Position numbers and translations under genes: made by a program. DNA of 64,000 nt from Mobula hypostoma. Taxonomy: Eukaryota. The DNA lies in NCBI RefSeq assembly GCF_963921235.1, contig NC_086098.1, positions 5,332,001 to 5,396,000 of the forward strand, in the 5' to 3' direction. Shown here piece by piece: positions 63,881 to 64,000 of this stretch. Under the pieces are notes generated by a model. The model ran no database searches, was not told where the DNA came from, and worked only from the letters and a program-made list of their open reading frames with translations. The first letter of the stretch is position 1. The number at the start of each line of letters is the position of its first letter.

Positions 63881-64000
63881 GTCTCTGAATGCTCCAAAAT
63901 CTGAATCTGCCTCTGAATCTGAATCTGAATTTCCATCTGAATCTGAATCAGAATCTAAATTTGCCCCTAAATCTAAATCTGAACATGAATATGCATCTGC

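Larger units (their letters stand above)
51781..64000. repeat. Degenerate (TCTGAA)n hexamer satellite, about 8 kb net, interrupted by TEs, running off the window end
   Basis: Variants TCTGAA, TCTGCA, TCTAAA, TTTGAA, TCAGAA, TATGAA in blocks 51781-57000, 57375-57950, 58420-60556, 62197-62406 and 63880-64000. Confidence 0.96.

Overview
Repeat-saturated vertebrate non-coding DNA (intronic or intergenic). The repeat landscape suggests a cartilaginous fish, probably a ray; this is inference, not a database result. No host gene could be recognised. Contents: many CR1, Rex/L2-type, RTE and Penelope-like retroposon fragments, V-SINE-like SINEs, a dead full-length Tc1 element, several MITEs, solo LTRs and a rearranged PNMA-type Gypsy fragment. 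The most notable items are: (1) a young 4.8-kb Gmr1-like LTR element (11966-16779) with near-identical LTRs that keeps gag and protease but only a stop-free patchwork of vestigial IN/RT, with RNase H remnants downstream; (2) repeated minimal hammerhead-ribozyme motifs in Penelope termini; (3) a twin-primed (5'-inverted) RTE insertion; (4) a more than 8-kb degenerate (TCTGAA)n satellite that starts at a SINE tail and shows higher-order repeats and inverted blocks. Boundaries of old fragments are approximate and were read by eye.
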